A stretch of DNA of 64,000 nucleotides, from NCBI GenBank assembly GCA_945865525.1, contig CAMBDY010000006.1, positions 3,026-67,025 on the forward strand, written 5' to 3'. The notes below the pieces were generated by a model. The model did no database searches and was not told the origin of the DNA. It worked only from the letters and a program-made list of their open reading frames with translations. The DNA comes from Nitrospira lenta. GTDB taxonomy: Bacteria > Nitrospirota > Nitrospiria > Nitrospirales > Nitrospiraceae. Shown here piece after piece: positions 27,979 to 37,964 of the stretch. The position numbers were made by a program, and so were the translations under genes. Every line of letters begins with the position of its first letter. Position 1 is the stretch's first letter.

Positions 27979-28923
27979 TTACGGCTTAATGACGACATTG
28001 CGAACAACTTTCCCGCTTGGACCGAAGGGATTTTGCGGCTTGCCATTGAGCTCGCCTTTGATACCCCCGGCATTGCCGAGCGTCAGAACAAACTGGTCTC
28101 GACCCGTCCACCGGCGTTTTTCACTCGGCCTGAGCAAGACCGGTTTATTGGGCCGGCTGTTATCAATTTTGACGATCACCCAACTCTCTTCTGTTGCCTC
28201 AAGGTCCAAAACCAATTGTCCGGCCGGTTCTACCGCAACCCCTGCAAACGACATTCCTCCCAGCGGCCCATCGCTTCCCAACGACAAAGGCACTGCAGCA
28301 ATCGGCGGCGGTATCGGAGCTGGTGAAGTCGTGCGAGCTGGCCCCGGTACTGGATCCACCTTACTCTCCGCGCGTACCTTGGGGAGTACACTAGGGGGCT
28401 CGCTCATCTGCGCCTGAGGAACCGGCGGAGCCACCTCAGGCGCTGGGGTTGGCGGCACGACCTGAGGCTGTGGGTCCAGTGGCGTGGTCAGCTTGGCAGA
28501 AGGGGCTGAACGATCAAAACTTGACTGGCCCACCAACCGCGAGGACTGTTCTCGGCTTAAAAGAAAAATGAGCGTAAGGAGGGCAACGCCCATCGCTACC
28601 ATAACGGCCTTGCGATTGGCTGACTGCTTCCGCTCTTCCTCCGCCTGCCTGCGCATTAACCAGTCCACTTCGCCCTGCTTAGTGTAATAGGAGAAGCTCG
28701 CCTGTGCGAACCGATGAATGGCATCGTCCTCAGCAAGACCAAGAGCTTTGGCATAGGACCGGACAAAGCCCTGCACAAACACTTGCTCGGGCAACGCGGC
28801 AAAGTTCTCCTCTTCCAAGGCCTTCAGGAAATCCATCCGAATGCGCGTCTTGGTCGCGACCTCGTCGAGGGTCAGTCCCTTCGTCTCTCGTACCTGCCTG
28901 AAAAACTCCCCCATCGATTCCAT
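27979..28923 (-). CDS. rodZ: RodZ-like cytoskeleton protein (HTH + TM + Pro-rich linker + DUF4115-like C-terminus)
   Basis: MESMGEFFRQVRETKGLTLDEVATKTRIRMDFLKALEEENF..., single TM, P-rich spacer. ATG 28923 has GAGG 5 nt upstream. The track start 28947 is GTG. Confidence 0.75.
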   Translation of the reverse strand: MESMGEFFRQVRETKGLTLDEVATKTRIRMDFLKALEEENFAALPEQVFVQGFVRSYAKALGLAEDDAIHRFAQASFSYYTKQGEVDWLMRRQAEEERKQSANRKAVMVAMGVALLTLIFLLSREQSSRLVGQSSFDRSAPSAKLTTPLDPQPQVVPPTPAPEVAPPVPQAQMSEPPSVLPKVRAESKVDPVPGPARTTSPAPIPPPIAAVPLSLGSDGPLGGMSFAGVAVEPAGQLVLDLEATEESWVIVKIDNSRPNKPVLLRPSEKRRWTGRDQFVLTLGNAGGIKGELNGKPQNPFGPSGKVVRNVVIKP

Positions 28924-29008
28924 CGCTACCTCTCGATGCCGTCCCACCTGTCAGCAGTTTACAAATGCCACCGCTGTCGAAGAGCGACATCGGCTGCGCC
29001 CGATTGTA

Positions 29009-29923
29009 TCACGCAATATCCTCGAAATGAGTCAACTGCTTGAAGGCACGAAACCGTTCCTGCACTTCTTTGTAATCTAGGATTCGCAAACGGTCAAGGC
29101 TAAAGGCTTCCACGGTAAACGAAGCCATGACGCTCCCGAAGATAATGGCCTGTTTGAACGCCTCAGAAGAACGATTGCCCGTGGCCGTCAGATAGCCCAG
29201 AAAGCCGCCGGCGAAGGTGTCTCCCGCGCCAGTAGGGTCACGGACATCTTCAAGCGGGAACGCCGGAGCCCCGAACATCTGCTTCTCGCTGAACATCAAC
29301 ACTCCATACTCCCCGCGCTTAATGATGAGGTGCTTCGGTCCACGCATGAGTATTTTCTGTGCAACCTTCACGAGATTGGTATCTTCACCGAGTGCCCGAG
29401 CCTCCCCGTCGTTCACGATCAAAATATCGACCCTCTCCAACACTCGCCATAAGGCATCCCGCTTACCGTTAATCCAGAAATTCATCGTATCGCAGGCGAC
29501 CAAAGGAGGACGCGGCAGCTTCTGTAAGACATCCAACTGGAGCTCAGGGTCGATATTGCCCAGGAACAAGAGATCCGGAGACCGGTAGGACTCGGGGATC
29601 TTGGGCCGAAAGGTTTCGAAGACGTTGAGCTTGGTATCGAGGGTCCGCGCTTCATTAAGCTGGTGTGTGTACTCGCCTTTCCAACGAAAGGTCGCCCCCG
29701 GCTTCCGCTCTAGCCCCGTCACATCGATCCCGCGGCTCTTGAGAAAGGCCAAGTGTTGCAGAGGAAAATCCTCTCCCACAACCGCGATCAGGTCGACGGT
29801 GGTGAAGTAGCTCGCCGCCGTCGAAAAGTAGGTCGCAGAACCTCCGAGCACTTCGCTGACTTCTCCAAAGGGCGTCTTCACCGTATCCAGCGCGACCGAT
29901 CCGACGACGAGCAACTTTCCCAT
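29009..29923 (-). CDS. PfkB-family carbohydrate/nucleoside kinase
   Basis: DPTGAGDTFAGGF signature and N-terminal VVGSVALD. Confidence 0.85.
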   Translation of the reverse strand: MGKLLVVGSVALDTVKTPFGEVSEVLGGSATYFSTAASYFTTVDLIAVVGEDFPLQHLAFLKSRGIDVTGLERKPGATFRWKGEYTHQLNEARTLDTKLNVFETFRPKIPESYRSPDLLFLGNIDPELQLDVLQKLPRPPLVACDTMNFWINGKRDALWRVLERVDILIVNDGEARALGEDTNLVKVAQKILMRGPKHLIIKRGEYGVLMFSEKQMFGAPAFPLEDVRDPTGAGDTFAGGFLGYLTATGNRSSEAFKQAIIFGSVMASFTVEAFSLDRLRILDYKEVQERFRAFKQLTHFEDIA

Positions 29924-29926
29924 GGC

Positions 29927-30826
29927 CTACCGTTTCCCTTTCTTCACCGGGACAACCCGATCCATTAAGAGGGCTAGCTTCCGTCTAAGCGGGGCCGGCA
30001 TCCGATCAGGCGCCGTAATAATGGCATCCTGCAAGGCCCGCTGGCAGCGACACGATGGCACCTCGTCCACCGCACACAGCGCCGTCCGCAATAATCGTTT
30101 GGCCAAGGCGACATTGTGGCGCAGCGTGGTCAAGATGCCCTCGACGGTGACCGCCTCTTCTGTCTCATGCCAGCAATCGTAATCCGTCACCAACGCCACC
30201 GTGGCGTAACAGAGTTCCGCCTCGCGCGCGAGCTTGGCTTCCGGAAGATTCGTCATCCCGATCACGCTCGCGCCCCACTGCCGATACAAGCGCGACTCCC
30301 CTTTGGTCGAAAACTGCGGTCCCTCGATACAGAGATAAACCCCACCCTCATGCACCGTGGCCCCAACGGCCTTGGCCGAAGCTGACAAGGCCGTCCCAAG
30401 GGACGCGCAGACCGGATCCCCAAACGCCACATGCGCGACAATCCCCCCCTCAAAGAAAGTGGAAACCCGCTTCTTAGTCAGATCGATAAACTGATCCGGT
30501 AGGACCACATCCCCCGGCTTGATCGATTCCTTCATGCTCCCAACCGCGCTCACCGAAATCACCCGGCTCACCCCCAGCGACTTGAGCGCATAGATATTCG
30601 CGCGGTAGTTGATCTCCGACGGATTCAGCCGATGGCCACGCCCATGCCGCGAGAGAAAGGCGATACGCGTCCCGTCCAACTCACCCAGCACGACCTTGTC
30701 GGAAGGAGGGCCGAAGGGAGTCTTGACCGCAAGCTCCTTGACCGTCCTGAGCCCCTCGATGTCGTAGAGCCCGCTGCCGCCGATAATCCCGATGTCTGCC
30801 TTCACGGCCTTCCCCTGTCGTATCAT
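29927..30826 (-). CDS. mtnP: S-methyl-5'-thioadenosine phosphorylase
   Basis: [10 protein letters not shown]...FLSRHGRGH...[17 protein letters not shown] 30826 overlaps the miaA stop (ATGA). Confidence 0.9.
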   Translation of the reverse strand: MIRQGKAVKADIGIIGGSGLYDIEGLRTVKELAVKTPFGPPSDKVVLGELDGTRIAFLSRHGRGHRLNPSEINYRANIYALKSLGVSRVISVSAVGSMKESIKPGDVVLPDQFIDLTKKRVSTFFEGGIVAHVAFGDPVCASLGTALSASAKAVGATVHEGGVYLCIEGPQFSTKGESRLYRQWGASVIGMTNLPEAKLAREAELCYATVALVTDYDCWHETEEAVTVEGILTTLRHNVALAKRLLRTALCAVDEVPSCRCQRALQDAIITAPDRMPAPLRRKLALLMDRVVPVKKGKR

Positions 30827-31833
30827 CCCTGCTCTCCAAGTGTCGCAAGAAATTGATCCACCTGCCCAATCACCCGCTCCGCCGTACGCTGAATGGAGTC
30901 TGATTCGTCGATCATCAACCATTGAATCCCCGGTTCCTTTCGAAACCAGGTCATTTGTCTCTTGGAAAAATGTCTCGTGTCCCGTTTGAACCGTCGGACC
31001 ATTTCAGCCGCATCGTACTCGCCTGCCACATGCTCGGCCACCTGCCGATACCCCAACCCCTTCATGGCCACGCCGTCGCGCTGATAGCCTTGAGCCAGGA
31101 GCTGCGTCGTCTCGTCGATCAACCCGTGCGCCAGCTGCCAATCGATCCGCGCCTCAATGCGCCGATAGAGCACGTCGCGGTCTCGGTTCAAGCCAATGAG
31201 TAAGGCTGTAAAAGGCCGCTTAGCGAACCCATGTTCCGCCTGAAACTCCGACATGCGGCGGCCGGACAGCTGATGCACCTCCAGCGCACGGATGACTTTC
31301 GATTCGTCTCGCGGATGCAATCGCGCTGCAGCCTCCGGATCGACCGCCAGAAGCCGGGCATGGAGCGCATCATGCCCCAGCTCCTTCATCTCCTGCCGCA
31401 AAGCTTCCCGCATCACCGGATCTGCAGCCGGCGCGTCACACAGTCCATTGAGAAGCGTTCGTACATAGAGCCCGGTGCCCCCCACGACCAAAGGGAGACG
31501 GAAGTTTCGATAGAGACGCTCTATCTCCTCGACTGCTTGATGGCAATACAGGCCCGCATTGAACGGTTCATCAGGATTGGCAAGATCGATCAACCGATGG
31601 GGAATCCCCTGGCGCTCATCTATAGACGGCTTATCTGTCCCGATATCCATCCCACGATAGACCTGCCGAGAATCTGCTGTGAGCACCTCGGTCTCGAACG
31701 CCTTCGCCACTTCAACGGCAATGCGGCTCTTGCCTACAGCGGTCGGTCCAACCAGCACCACGACGGGCTTGGAACGAACCTGTGCCTGAGAAAGACGGCA
31801 GACCGCCTTTGCAGGAATGGCCATCATTTCCAT
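30823..31833 (-). CDS. miaA: tRNA dimethylallyltransferase MiaA
   Basis: [12 protein letters not shown]-loop, [17 protein letters not shown]. Three ATGs (31833, 31827, 31824) overlap the mutL stop. Confidence 0.9.
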   Translation of the reverse strand: MEMMAIPAKAVCRLSQAQVRSKPVVVLVGPTAVGKSRIAVEVAKAFETEVLTADSRQVYRGMDIGTDKPSIDERQGIPHRLIDLANPDEPFNAGLYCHQAVEEIERLYRNFRLPLVVGGTGLYVRTLLNGLCDAPAADPVMREALRQEMKELGHDALHARLLAVDPEAAARLHPRDESKVIRALEVHQLSGRRMSEFQAEHGFAKRPFTALLIGLNRDRDVLYRRIEARIDWQLAHGLIDETTQLLAQGYQRDGVAMKGLGYRQVAEHVAGEYDAAEMVRRFKRDTRHFSKRQMTWFRKEPGIQWLMIDESDSIQRTAERVIGQVDQFLATLGEQG

Positions 31834-33656
31834 CCAACTCGGCCGAACAGCTTGGCAAGCTCATCCGTAGAAAGACGGAATGCGGTGCGGCGCCCATGGG
31901 GACAAGTCATAATCAACCCTTCTTCAACCCAGTCCTGCGTGAGTTGCTGAATCTCCGGCAGCGCCAAAGCGCGCCCGGCGCGCACCGCTCCCTGGCAGGC
32001 CAGGGACGCTAAAACAGGCTGAACCTTCATTTCTAGCGATGACCTGCTATCCCACTCCGTCAAATCGTCAAGCAGATCGTGCACCAAGCCTGCCGCATCT
32101 ACCTTGCCAAGCCCGACCGGTACGCCGCAAACGGCAACCGCCGTCGCACCGAACGGTTCGATCAGAAGTCCGAGCTGTTCCAGATCATCACGGTGTTTGA
32201 GCAACAATGCACTCTGCGCGACTGACAGTTCGATCGGCTCAGAAATCAAGAGCGGCTGCGACGGAATCGCTCGGCTGTGCCATCCTCGCCAAAGCCGTTG
32301 AAACAGGACCCGCTCATGCGCCGTATGTTGATCAATCACTTGCAGCTCTTCCCCCACCTGTACCACAAGATAGGTCCGGAGAATTTGTCCGAATGGCACG
32401 ATGTCAGGGTGCCCCGCCAACTGAGAAGCTGCACCAGCCGCTTGAGCGAAGGCTAGCTGGCTCTCCTCGCCCATGCTGGACCGTAACGCCGCGTCAGGTA
32501 CATTGATCTGGGAGTCCTGCCGGAGACCTGCGATCGACTCTCCCGGATGAGCGTCCCGTAACAACGCAGCCTGCGGCTCCGCCATGAACGCGACGTCCGG
32601 CCCTGACTGCGACGGTCCAGCCGAAGCGAGACCCCGCAGGGCCTTGCGCTCAGATTCACCAAGCGAATGACGGACAGATTGGCGCACTAACTGATGCAAC
32701 CCTTCTGTCTCCGCAAAGCGAACTTCCTTCTTCGTGGGATGGACGTTGACATCGAGCCGATCCGGATCGCTTTCTAGAAACAACACGAAGGTTGGGTGAG
32801 CCCCCTTGGGGAGAAACGATCTATACCCCTCCGTGACCGCGTGAAATACGTTCGCATTGCGAACAGGGCGCCGATTCACAAAGAGTTCCTGTGGGATCTT
32901 CGAGGCACGCGCATGAACCGGATCGACCATCACCCCGCGGATCGACAGACCGGCGGCTCGGCCCCGTATCTCTACGGTCCGATCCAGAAAAGCCGGACGG
33001 TACACTTGGAGAATACGGTCACGATCCGACGACACAGCCGGATAGTTCAGAATCTCCTGGCCGTTATGGGTCAGACGAAAATGCACGGATGGCCACGCAA
33101 GCCCTGCGAGCTGCACCACATGACTGATGTGGGAAAACTCAGTCGTGGTCGTTTTGAGAAACTTCTTCCGAGCCGGCTGATTGAAAAATAAATTGGAGAC
33201 TTCGATCTTGGTGCCAGGCACGGCCGCGGCGTCTGCAATGGCCCCCCCCGCTCCGCCAACCAATGCAAGCTGTGCGCCCACCTGATCCTGCCTGGTCGCA
33301 GTCGTCACCAGCACATGGGATACGGATGCGATGCTCGGGAGAGCCTCGCCACGAAACCCCATCGTCGTGATCGAGGTTAGGTCCTGATCAGATCGAAGCT
33401 TGCTGGTGGCATGCCGCTGGAAGGCCATGGGGAGATCGGTGCGGCTAATTCCCTCGCCATCATCCGTTACGCGAATGAGGGTCAGGCCGCCATCCTTCAC
33501 ATCGACCGTAATATGGAGGCCACCGGCATCGAGACTATTTTCCAGTAATTCCTTTACGACCGCAGCAGGCCGCTCGACGACCTCGCCGGCTGCAATACGG
33601 CTGACTACATCGTCAGGTAGGACATGGATCTTGGGAGAACAACTGGCGGCAGGCAT
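31824..33656 (-). CDS. mutL: DNA mismatch repair protein MutL
   Basis: IAAGEVVERPAAVVKELLENSLDAG, GFRGEAL, C-terminal dimerisation region. Confidence 0.9.
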   Translation of the reverse strand: MPAASCSPKIHVLPDDVVSRIAAGEVVERPAAVVKELLENSLDAGGLHITVDVKDGGLTLIRVTDDGEGISRTDLPMAFQRHATSKLRSDQDLTSITTMGFRGEALPSIASVSHVLVTTATRQDQVGAQLALVGGAGGAIADAAAVPGTKIEVSNLFFNQPARKKFLKTTTTEFSHISHVVQLAGLAWPSVHFRLTHNGQEILNYPAVSSDRDRILQVYRPAFLDRTVEIRGRAAGLSIRGVMVDPVHARASKIPQELFVNRRPVRNANVFHAVTEGYRSFLPKGAHPTFVLFLESDPDRLDVNVHPTKKEVRFAETEGLHQLVRQSVRHSLGESERKALRGLASAGPSQSGPDVAFMAEPQAALLRDAHPGESIAGLRQDSQINVPDAALRSSMGEESQLAFAQAAGAASQLAGHPDIVPFGQILRTYLVVQVGEELQVIDQHTAHERVLFQRLWRGWHSRAIPSQPLLISEPIELSVAQSALLLKHRDDLEQLGLLIEPFGATAVAVCGVPVGLGKVDAAGLVHDLLDDLTEWDSRSSLEMKVQPVLASLACQGAVRAGRALALPEIQQLTQDWVEEGLIMTCPHGRRTAFRLSTDELAKLFGRVGWK

Positions 33657-33716
33657 GACGCGACACTCCAGAAGATACCCCTAACGCCGCATCGCGTAAC
33701 CTCGCGAGACGTCTGA

Positions 33717-34520
33717 CTATCGAATTTCGGCCAGCTTATTTTTGGCCAGCTTCGCCTCGTCCGACAGGGGAAACTCGTCGATAACCCGTTTGAGATACTT
33801 CTTCGATTTGACCAGATCTCCGGTTTCTCCCGCCGCAAGGCTCAATTTAAAGAGCGCCACCGGTATCTTTTCATTCCCCGGATACTCCACCGACAAATAT
33901 TCGAACGACTGTATCGCGTGCGCATAATCCTTCTGCTGATAATAGGACTCACCCAGCCAATAGTGGGCATGGGGCGTGAGCGAGGTGCCCGCAAAATCTT
34001 TCACAAACCGCTGAAATCCCGCCACGGCGAGATCGTATTTCCCATTAAGATAATCGTTATAGGCGAGGTTGAACGCCGACGTCGGCGTGAGCGACGGCAC
34101 ACCGGGGATCATCGGCAACACCTCCGAGAATGACGCAGACTTCTGGGGCTTGACCGGACGAGCGGGCTCTCCCGGAGCCGACTCCACCTTGAGGGCAACA
34201 GGAGCGATCGGTGCTTCATCGAGCTTAGCCAGGCGGCCCTCGACTTTTTGTATCCGCGCAGACAATTCATCAAGCCGCGGATCGAGCTTCGGGGTCGCGG
34301 CCTCGCCATTCTTCAACCGCTCCAGCGACTCCACCCGCCGGTGCAGGACCTCCAGCCGTTTCTGCTCTTGCTCTTGAGACTTCGACCCCGCTGCGGTTTG
34401 GTCACGCAACTCCAGAAAGTCGGCATGTGTAGCGCATCCGGCCAGCAGTAGCACCGTCCACGCTGTCAACACGATTAATCTGAGCGCGTATATTTTTTCG
34501 TCTATCACCGTTCTGATCAC
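33717..34520 (-). CDS. cpoB: Tol-Pal system protein CpoB/YbgF (lipoprotein form)
   Basis: LLLAGC lipobox, short coiled coil, YbgF-type TPR C-terminus (HYWLGESYYQQKDYAHAIQSF). GTG 34520 overlaps the upstream stop (GTGA). Confidence 0.8.
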   Translation of the reverse strand: MIRTVIDEKIYALRLIVLTAWTVLLLAGCATHADFLELRDQTAAGSKSQEQEQKRLEVLHRRVESLERLKNGEAATPKLDPRLDELSARIQKVEGRLAKLDEAPIAPVALKVESAPGEPARPVKPQKSASFSEVLPMIPGVPSLTPTSAFNLAYNDYLNGKYDLAVAGFQRFVKDFAGTSLTPHAHYWLGESYYQQKDYAHAIQSFEYLSVEYPGNEKIPVALFKLSLAAGETGDLVKSKKYLKRVIDEFPLSDEAKLAKNKLAEIR

Positions 34521-35893
34521 TCCTTCAATTTGGATAGCTTATCAGACGCTTTCCCGGCCTCGGGACTCCGTGGATACGAAGTTATCACCCGCTTGAACGC
34601 GGAGACGGCGCGCTTGGTATCCTTCATCGCCAAATAGGCATAGCCTTTTTTTAACAATGCCGCCGGTACTTTCTCGCTCTTCGGGAAATCCAACTCAACG
34701 CGGTCATAGGAATCAATCGCCTGCCGATAGTCTTTTCTCCCGTAATACGACTCGCCCAGCCAATACCGCGCGTTGGGAGACAGATCGGAATTCGGATGAG
34801 TTCGAAGAAACGTGGCAAACCCCTCCTTGGCTCCACCTAGATCCCCACGGTGGAACAGGGACAGCAATCGTTCATATTCGGGCTTCTCTTGCTGGGCCCC
34901 TCCCTGACCAACCTGGGGCGGTACCGACGCATCGGGCGCGCCGGTTGCCGGAACCGCGTCAGCCGGCGCAATCTCCCGCTCGGCCTGCAGAAATTCAGCG
35001 GAGGGCTCTACCGACAATTGATGAGACGGCTTCCTGGTGGGCTGATACGCCCCCGGCTTCTTTCCACGTAGATGCGCATCCTGATCCATCACCCGTGCCA
35101 ACACATCTAGGCGCTGGTCCTGTTCGTCGAAACGGGCCGCAGCCTTCTGTGCGATGGACGTCAGGCTCTTGTTCACTTCACTCAAATATCCGGTCATCGA
35201 CTTATTCATCTCATTGAGATGGGCCATCGATGCTTTGCCCGCCTGCTCTTCCTGGCTCAGCCGCTCATTCAACCCCATCAATGAATCCTTGAACTCTCCC
35301 AAAGACCGGCTGAACTGTGCGAACTGCTCGACCACCTGTTCGGGACGGATCTGGCTAGTTCCCGCTGACTTTTGCTGCTCCTCCAGACGGGCATCCACAC
35401 TTTTCATCAACACGCCGCTGGTCTTCTGCACCACCTCGATCAGCTCTTTTCGTAACATTTCCGTCTGCCGGTTGACATCGTCCAGGCGGCTGTTCACGTC
35501 CATCATGAACCGCTCACGGTCTTCTTTACTTTTCAGCGTCTGCGCCTCGAAACTTTTCTGGGTCCAGGCATAACGCGTGGCGCTCTCCGCGTCTCCTTTG
35601 GCGGCCAACTGCTCCAACCGTTTGATTTGCTGTTTGAGGTCGTCCTGCTTCCCTTGAAGCGCCTGCGCCTGATGCAGCGCCCGATCGACATCGCCACGCA
35701 ATTGCGGCAGCTCCTGCTCCCGAAGCGCCGAGATCTCATGGCCCTGCCGCGCGCGCGTCTGCGCCGACTCATCGATGCGCTGATGAAGATCCCGCTCCGC
35801 CCGTTTGAGATCTGCCTCTTGCGCGACGCAGCCAGCGGTGAACACCACACAGAATAAAATAAAGGCACCGCTCATCTTGCCAGCAATCCCCAT
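34517..35893 (-). CDS. Lipoprotein with long coiled coil and YbgF-type TPR C-terminus (second CpoB-like paralogue)
   Basis: FTAGC lipobox, about 330 aa of heptad-like Q/E/K/L-rich sequence, C-terminus RYWLGESYYGRKDYRQAIDSY...SYPRSPEAGKA. Start is ATG 35893 or 35875. Confidence 0.7.
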   Translation of the reverse strand: MGIAGKMSGAFILFCVVFTAGCVAQEADLKRAERDLHQRIDESAQTRARQGHEISALREQELPQLRGDVDRALHQAQALQGKQDDLKQQIKRLEQLAAKGDAESATRYAWTQKSFEAQTLKSKEDRERFMMDVNSRLDDVNRQTEMLRKELIEVVQKTSGVLMKSVDARLEEQQKSAGTSQIRPEQVVEQFAQFSRSLGEFKDSLMGLNERLSQEEQAGKASMAHLNEMNKSMTGYLSEVNKSLTSIAQKAAARFDEQDQRLDVLARVMDQDAHLRGKKPGAYQPTRKPSHQLSVEPSAEFLQAEREIAPADAVPATGAPDASVPPQVGQGGAQQEKPEYERLLSLFHRGDLGGAKEGFATFLRTHPNSDLSPNARYWLGESYYGRKDYRQAIDSYDRVELDFPKSEKVPAALLKKGYAYLAMKDTKRAVSAFKRVITSYPRSPEAGKASDKLSKLKE

Positions 35894-35928
35894 CACACTA
35901 CCGACTCCTCATGAGCAATTCGCGCCGG

Positions 35929-36546
35929 CTACTTTCCCGACTTCACCACAAAATGACCGCGCCGATTCTGCTGATAGCACGCCTCCGTATGTTCACTACA
36001 CGCGGGCTGTTCTTTTCCATAGGACACCATGGACAAACGATTGGCACCCACGCCCAGTTCGACCAGATAGTTCTGCGCAGCCTTCGCCCGCTTCTCTCCC
36101 AGCACGAGGTTATAGGCGGAAGTTCCACGCTCGTCGCAATGCCCCTCGATCTTGATCTGCGCGCTGGAGTTAGACTTGATCCACTCCGCAGTGCCACTCA
36201 AGGACTGACGTCCCTCCTCGGAAATCGCCCAGCTGTCGTAGCCGAAAAACACATCGTGTAACTCAGCGACAGCTACATCCATTTGCCGTGCGGCGCTGGT
36301 GGAGGGCTCGACTTTCGCCAGCAACGTGCCATTCCCCACTCGCTCCTCCGACGGGTTCTTCTTGAGGCCAAGAAGCCCGTCTCCACTCGGCTGAACTTTC
36401 GTGCTCGGGAAGCCGACGTCGCTCTTTGCGCTTCCAGCCGCAGACGAATCACCGCCCGACTGAACGGACTTCGACGCGCACCCAGCCAAACCGATTAAGG
36501 CGATGCTCATCAGTACTACGCCACAGGCAGATAACTTCTTATTCAT
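35929..36546 (-). CDS. pal: Peptidoglycan-associated lipoprotein Pal (OmpA-like)
   Basis: LAGCASK lipobox, OmpA-like C-terminus (GHCDERGTSAYNLVLGEKRA). ATG 36546 with AAGGAG 8 nt upstream. Confidence 0.9.
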   Translation of the reverse strand: MNKKLSACGVVLMSIALIGLAGCASKSVQSGGDSSAAGSAKSDVGFPSTKVQPSGDGLLGLKKNPSEERVGNGTLLAKVEPSTSAARQMDVAVAELHDVFFGYDSWAISEEGRQSLSGTAEWIKSNSSAQIKIEGHCDERGTSAYNLVLGEKRAKAAQNYLVELGVGANRLSMVSYGKEQPACSEHTEACYQQNRRGHFVVKSGK

Positions 36547-36623
36547 CAAAGAAGCTCCTTTTTATGAATGATAAATACCAATTCTTTTTCTCGTACCATC
36601 ATCTATACATTCCGCAATCAGCC

Positions 36624-37964
36624 TCAGAATGCCGGAGACCAGGAGGGCGCGCTATTGCGCGTGCCTTCAAAGGTCAGCTGCTCGCGATGCTTACCATCCA
36701 CATCGATCATATAGATGTGGCTTTTTCCATCGATCGTCGAACTAAATACCAGGTGGCGACCATCCGGCGACCAAGACGGTGAGTCATCGACGCCCAACCC
36801 CGTCGTCAATTGCATCCGCTTCTCGCCATCCGGCGAGATCACACACACCTTATACTCCTTTTGGATGCGGCACACATAGGCGATCCAATTGCCACGTGGC
36901 GACCAGGCCGGCGCCGCATTATAATCCCCCTCGAACGTCAACCGGCGCACATTCGACCCATCCGCGCTCATGAGAAATATCTGTGGCCTGCCACCCCGGT
37001 CGGATGCAAAGGTCAGCTCTCGCCCACTCGGGGACCAGGAGGGAGACAAGTCGCTGGACGGATGGACCGTCAAACGCTGAAGAGCCTTCGTTCGCGTATC
37101 CAGCAGATAGAGTTCAGAATTACCTTCATAGCTGGAAGCAAAAGCCAGAAAGCTCCCATCGGGCGACAGCGCTGGCGTGATATTTAAGCCCTTTAGGGGC
37201 ACCACCGTCCACCGCTTGCCCGTCGCCAACTCGATCATATCAATATCCTGCGTATTCCGGCTGCGATAGGCCGTGAATACGAGAAACCGACGATCCGGAG
37301 ACCAGTGTGGCATCAGGTTCAGAAAACCATCGGCTGTCACCTGACGGGTATCATGTCCGTCATAATCCATGACGGCGATCTCCTGAGCACGCCCATGCCC
37401 CGCGACATAGGCGATCTTAGTTCTGGCAATGCCCGGTTCGCCAGTATAATGAAAGACAAGCTCATCGACAAACCGATGCGCCATGAGCCGTAGGGCCGCC
37501 GGCGCGCCGGTATACCGCTTCCCCCCGATCACCTCGTCGCTGCCGCTGTCATAAACGAGGCCTTCCATATTCACATCGGCGTCTTTCCCAGACTGTTTCA
37601 AGCTTGCCTTGCCCCAGACCAGTACCGACACCCCGCTTCCCGCCGCTTGCTTGAAGACGGTCTTGGCGCCACTCTCCATCCCTGTGCCCAGATCGTGAGC
37701 CTTGATCCCCAGACTCGCCAAATCCACCAGATCAAACACCAAGGAGCGCTTCACATCCTTCGTAAGCACTTCTTCAATCCGCCCCCCCAACCAATCGGAG
37801 CCTCCCGCGTTTTGAATCCCTGCAACGGCTAGAGAAATCTTCTGGAAGTCTGGGCGCGTTGCTTCAAGAAACACATCTGCCGCGCCCGACTCAAGAATAC
37901 CAAACGCCCCAGCTGCTAGCAGGAGCCCTCCACCCACCGAGCTGATCCATTTCACGTGTGTCAT
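36624..37964 (-). CDS. tolB: Tol-Pal system beta-propeller protein TolB
   Basis: Repeated PxWSPDG propeller blades. ATG overlaps the tolA stop (ATGA). Confidence 0.9.
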   Translation of the reverse strand: MTHVKWISSVGGGLLLAAGAFGILESGAADVFLEATRPDFQKISLAVAGIQNAGGSDWLGGRIEEVLTKDVKRSLVFDLVDLASLGIKAHDLGTGMESGAKTVFKQAAGSGVSVLVWGKASLKQSGKDADVNMEGLVYDSGSDEVIGGKRYTGAPAALRLMAHRFVDELVFHYTGEPGIARTKIAYVAGHGRAQEIAVMDYDGHDTRQVTADGFLNLMPHWSPDRRFLVFTAYRSRNTQDIDMIELATGKRWTVVPLKGLNITPALSPDGSFLAFASSYEGNSELYLLDTRTKALQRLTVHPSSDLSPSWSPSGRELTFASDRGGRPQIFLMSADGSNVRRLTFEGDYNAAPAWSPRGNWIAYVCRIQKEYKVCVISPDGEKRMQLTTGLGVDDSPSWSPDGRHLVFSSTIDGKSHIYMIDVDGKHREQLTFEGTRNSAPSWSPAF

